Part shown: positions 60,087 through 64,000 of the stretch, in pieces
Numbering within the stretch: the first letter of the stretch is position 1
Layout of the letters: the number at the start of each line of letters is the position of its first letter
Notes under the pieces: model-generated
What the model was told of the DNA's origin: nothing
Seen by the model: the letters and a program-made list of their open reading frames with translations, nothing else
The model's database searches: none
From: Zygnema circumcarinatum SAG 698-1b
Lineage: Eukaryota; Plantae; Zygnematophyceae
Assembly: GCA_037447605.1 (NCBI GenBank)
Contig: CM074816.1
Span: 2,198,525-2,262,524 of the forward strand
DNA: 64,000 nt
Direction: 5' to 3'
Program-made: the position numbers and the translations under genes

Positions 60087-62946
60087 TTACACCACACTGA
60101 TGGGCGACGTCGCCACCTCCGCCGTGGCAGGAGACATGTTCGCACCCCCAAATGAGGGCCGCGACTGAAACGCCGACTGCCGCAAGGAGGAGCCTTCCAG
60201 AAGGCGCAGAGTCAAAGGAGAGGGCTCCGCCGGCGAGGACGACCCCAAGTCCGGCCTCTCTGCGCTCGTCGGACTGCTGCCGAACCCCTTCTCAGCGAAC
60301 TTAACAGGGCAGCTCGGAATCGACGGTGTGGGGCGAACGAGACGGGAGCTCGTCGGAGATCGCGGGGAGGGAGGGGGGGGGGGAGCAGGCATGGGGGCAG
60401 GGGGAGGAGGAGGGGGGGGACCCATGCTGGGCGGAGAGGCTCCGAGCATGTGACTGTATCCGGACAACTGGGGGGGGAATGGGCACCATGGAAACGGGGA
60501 GAACACCCCAAATGGGTGCGGTCCGGAGGGATGAGGAAAGAAAGGGAAGCCTTGGTAGGGCCTTGCGCCATTCCACAACGTAGGCGCAGCCAGTCCATCC
60601 CCTCTGATGCTCATACCCTCCCCAATGTTTACAGGCACAGGTTTGTGTGGCTGAGGCCTTCTCACATCCCCAAAAAGCCATCCCCCACTTCTCCTTTCTT
60701 CATCTCGGTGCATCTCCTCCATCTCCATGTCCTTCTCATTCCTCTCCTCCTCATCTTCTACCATCGGTGTCGCCAATCCCATCTCTAGACGACCTGCTGC
60801 ATACCTTCCTCCTCCCTCTCCCTCTGTCATCTGTCTCACCATGTCTTTCCCAATCCTCATCATCATCTCATGCCCCATTCTATGACTGGCTGCCGGATCC
60901 ATGGGGGCCGCCCCCCCGTAGTTTCCACCTCCCGCTCCCCCTCCCCCTTCCATAGCATGCCTAAAAGGCATTCCACCACCGCCCATCCCTTGCCCATATC
61001 GTCCTCCTTCTCCTTCTTTCCCAGAGACAAGTCTCAGATTCAAATCTGTATGCAGCCCTGCCGCACCTCTCATATTTCCTCCACCACCACCTCCTGCTGC
61101 TCCATATGCTCTCCCCATAAAACTGCTCACAGATCCAAATTCAGAGACCAATCTCTGCTCGTAAGAGACGTTTTCAGGTGAAGAAAGTTCCGAATTCTTC
61201 TCCATGGGAACTGAAGGTAACCGATGTTGAACCATCTGAAAACTTTGGCCTCCGGAACTTCCCATATTGCTACCTCCTCCCTGAACAGATGGTAGCTGAT
61301 ACGCAGAGAGCCCTGGGCCAGGAAGTGGCTTGCCCCCGGGAAGCCCTTCAGGATAGGATTGTGATCTCCCAAGATCGTATGCAGAAGGTTGCGAGAAGAT
61401 GGGGGCTTGGCTGTGAAGGTTTGTCACAACAGGATTTGTAGAAGTGGAATCTTCCGAAAGAGTTGGAAGGCTTGGCGTGCTCATCGATCGACCCATTCCT
61501 ATTCCCAACTGCACAACAAAAGAAAACAAGATCCAGAAAAGTCTCGATGACATTCTTTTTTTCCCTGTTTCGCTACATAACCAACTACTGAATTGAAAAG
61601 TCCGAAACATGAACTAAATCGACAAAAAAACACAATATGAGAACTGGTTCCACAGACAGCAGAAACCGTCCTACTCCAACGCATGCAGTAGAAGTCACCC
61701 AGATCGGCTGAACTCCTTCCTGTTTGTGGAAACCTAAAAATACACATTACTAATTGAAGAAATCCTTCAGAAAACTCTACACAACTTTTTTTTCTATGTC
61801 TTCTATGTCAAAATGCACTTCTTCACTTCCTATCCACAACAGTAAGCACAGCGTCGCAACGCTCCAATCTGGAACGAGTGAAACAGCTTCACTTACCCCT
61901 TCGCTGCCAATATCGAACAAACTGGACCTCCGCTTTCGCTTGTTCAGATTACTTTGTCGGATGAAGTATTTCTGTGCATGACTTGCCACCTGTGTCGGAG
62001 TCCTGGTTTGAACAAAACTGCGAGAAATACCACGCCAGTCGCCCTTTCCGAGCTTGTGGAGACCGATGAGAAACAGTCGGTGCTCTTCCTCAGTCCACGG
62101 CACACCTGTCGAAATTAGAGAGAGTGGAAATCCGGATGCTTGTCAGATGCACAGATTCGAACGACCCACAAACACATACCTAACCACTAGCTCTAGTTGG
62201 AGGACAACCCAGACAAGAGACCCTATCGCCTTAACTGCTCGCAACACAAGGCAACAAGAATTCAAATATTACCCTTGAACGACACATCTCCACTCGCTGA
62301 AAGTTTTGATTCGATTTTTTCAAAAGAAAGATTTTAATCGTCTGAATCGACACAGCCTCTCGGCGCTTCCCGACCCTCCCACTAACCCAGTTTCCCCCTC
62401 CCACCACATCCGACCCCCAATCGGCCCTAACGCACACATGCGTAGGAAGACCCACCTCCCAGTTCCATCAAAAACATAAATTGGACCTCCGAAAAAAAAT
62501 AACTCATCGCCCAAAATCCCCTAGTCCGGCCCAGCCCTGCGTGCCCTCCCCCTAGCCCTTCCTCTCCCTCCCTTCCCCCCATCACTCTCACCTTTCTTCC
62601 TCTCTCTCGTGGTAGCCGACGGAGGTGCGGCTCCATCCGAAGCGTACCCGTCCTGCCCTCCGTTACCATTCCCGTTGTCGGAGTGTTCCGGAGTCCCAGA
62701 AAGCACCGTTCCCACCCCCCCACTTCCCCCGCCTCCTCCACTTCCTCCTCCTCCCCCTCCCCCTCCCGCTCCTCCTCCCCCGCCTCCCCCTTCCCCCCTC
62801 CCTCCATAGTGGTGCAGGTTCCCCATGCTCGCCGACTTCCTCATGCCCTCATCCGCCAGCCGCACCCCGAAGATGCGAACACCGCGCTCGGGACACGTGC
62901 GGGAGTTGTGCCCGTTGTGCCCGCAGTGCGAGCACCTGCGAGTCAT
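60087..62946 (-). CDS. CCHC zinc-knuckle plus SHAQKYF single-repeat MYB transcription factor (KUA1/MYBH/MYBS3-like); exons 62946-62592, 62105-61897, 61508-60087
   Basis: [18 protein letters not shown]; VRIFGVRL; [10 protein letters not shown]; [12 protein letters not shown]...[15 protein letters not shown]...KRRSSLFD; EAR-like DLNLRL and LTLRL followed by RQSAF. Confidence 0.9.
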
Positions 62947-63304
62947 GGCGGCGGCGGAGGGGAGGGGCGCGGGGGAGAGGGTGGGAGAGAGCGAGAGAGG
63001 CGCGGGCCCACCGTGGCTCCTCCTGTTACTGTGGCTCGTGCTCCCGCTCTGGCTATGGCTGCCGCCCGGCTCCGCCTCCGCCCCTGGCATCTCTCCTCGC
63101 ACGCTAAGGCGAGAGTCGTCGCCGGGCCGCCCTTAACAGAGGGAGCCGCTCCCTCCCTCCCCGGAACGGGCAGCCGAAACCTTTCACCAATATCTCGGGC
63201 AGACCGAAAAGAGATTCCATTTTTTTTAGTTTGCTTGGTCCAAAATCGCCCGAGAGCGAAAAGGAATCCGCGCCCGCCGCGGATCCACTCCCGCGCGCAG
63301 TGCA

Positions 63305-63928
63305 CACGTGTCGGGCCGAGGCCGCCCGGTCAACGGGCGGGGCGGTTCGCCTTGGGATCCACTCCCCTGCCGCCAGGATCAAAACAAGGCATTTTCGGGC
63401 GAAGGGTCAGCGAGTCCGCGGGCGACACCTGGCGCAGCGGATTGGGCGACGTGGTCCCCGCGCCGCGACCGGATGCGACGGCCAATGGGAGTAGGGAATG
63501 ACACGTGCAGTCACCCGGCCGCGCCGTGTGGCTGCAAAAAGACAAGAGGTGGCCCACACGGACATGTGGATATTTGGGCAATCCGAAATGTGTCCGGATG
63601 GATAATGAGGGTCACGAGGGCGCCACGTGGCATGCATGCATGGCGCGCATTGGCCCTGCACGGCGCGGATCGCGGCGGCTGCCAATGGGAGGTATTCTCG
63701 CTGTCGGCAGGCCCCGCGAATCATACGGACGATCTGGCTTTGCGTGGCTGAGGGGCGCAGAGGGCAGCCCGAAATCCGTTTTGCATGCATGCATGCATGG
63801 CACCGCGAACAGAACCCATGCGTTTGGGATAGGACCATGACAAATGGCCGTTGGATGTGCCACGTGGTCAAGCACCAGATTTTGACCGATGGATGGACAA
63901 GTGCGGGATGCTGATTTTGGGCCACGTG
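63305..63928 (-). promoter_or_regulatory. MYB upstream cluster: five CACGTG, two RY (CATG)n tracts, two GCCAATGGGA
   Basis: CACGTG at 63305, 63502, 63624, 63861 and 63923; (CATG)3 at 63631; (CATG)4 at 63784; GCCAATGGGA at 63481 and 63681. Confidence 0.55.
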
Positions 63929-64000
63929 GCAGATTTTTCCGTTCGCACGTTCCCACAAGATCCCGTTGCCCCCCTGCGAACGCTTTGACGAATGGATTGG

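Noticed and set aside
1-64000. tRNA, rRNA, snRNA, CRISPR arrays, transposase/RT or viral genes
   Set aside because: By eye I found no GGTTCRANTCC T-arm with a cloverleaf, no repeat-spacer array, and no long intronless ORF beyond the assigned exons. tRNAscan-SE and Rfam were not run.

Overview
This is a gene-dense (about one gene per 5 kb), intron-rich nuclear window from a green plant of the streptophyte lineage. The evidence is a clear LHCB6/CP24, a plant-type FtsH4, CYP97C and a KUA1/MYBH-type MYB; whether it is a streptophyte alga or an early-diverging land plant cannot be settled from the sequence. Twelve spliced protein-coding genes were reconstructed by hand from GT-AG junctions: an EGF-domain exostosin/GT47 (-, truncated by the window start), an APC-family amino acid transporter (+), FtsH4 (+), SRP14 (-), a CbbY-like HAD phosphatase (+), a saccharopine dehydrogenase-like oxidoreductase (-), a second EGF-GT47 paralog (+), a MATE transporter (-), LHCB6 (-), CYP97C/LUT1 (-), eIF2B-beta (+), glyoxalase I (-) and a CCHC-MYB repressor (-), counting the truncated GT47 as a thirteenth. 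Most entries in the ORF track are antisense or low-complexity artefacts. I found no rRNA, tRNA, CRISPR array, transposase or viral ORF, and no clearly new multi-gene system. The best unexplained structures are non-coding: a ~200 bp MITE-like element; a 90 bp sequence duplicated in two introns of one gene; a perfect 20 bp hairpin followed by CTAG|T (Helitron-like end); a 30-unit GGGCAT/GGGGCAT array upstream of CYP97C that is both a G-quadruplex array and an array of upstream ATGs; very short head-to-head gene spacers, one filled with a TATCG tract; and a G-box plus RY cluster upstream of the MYB. Family assignments come from my recollection of conserved motifs, not from a database search.
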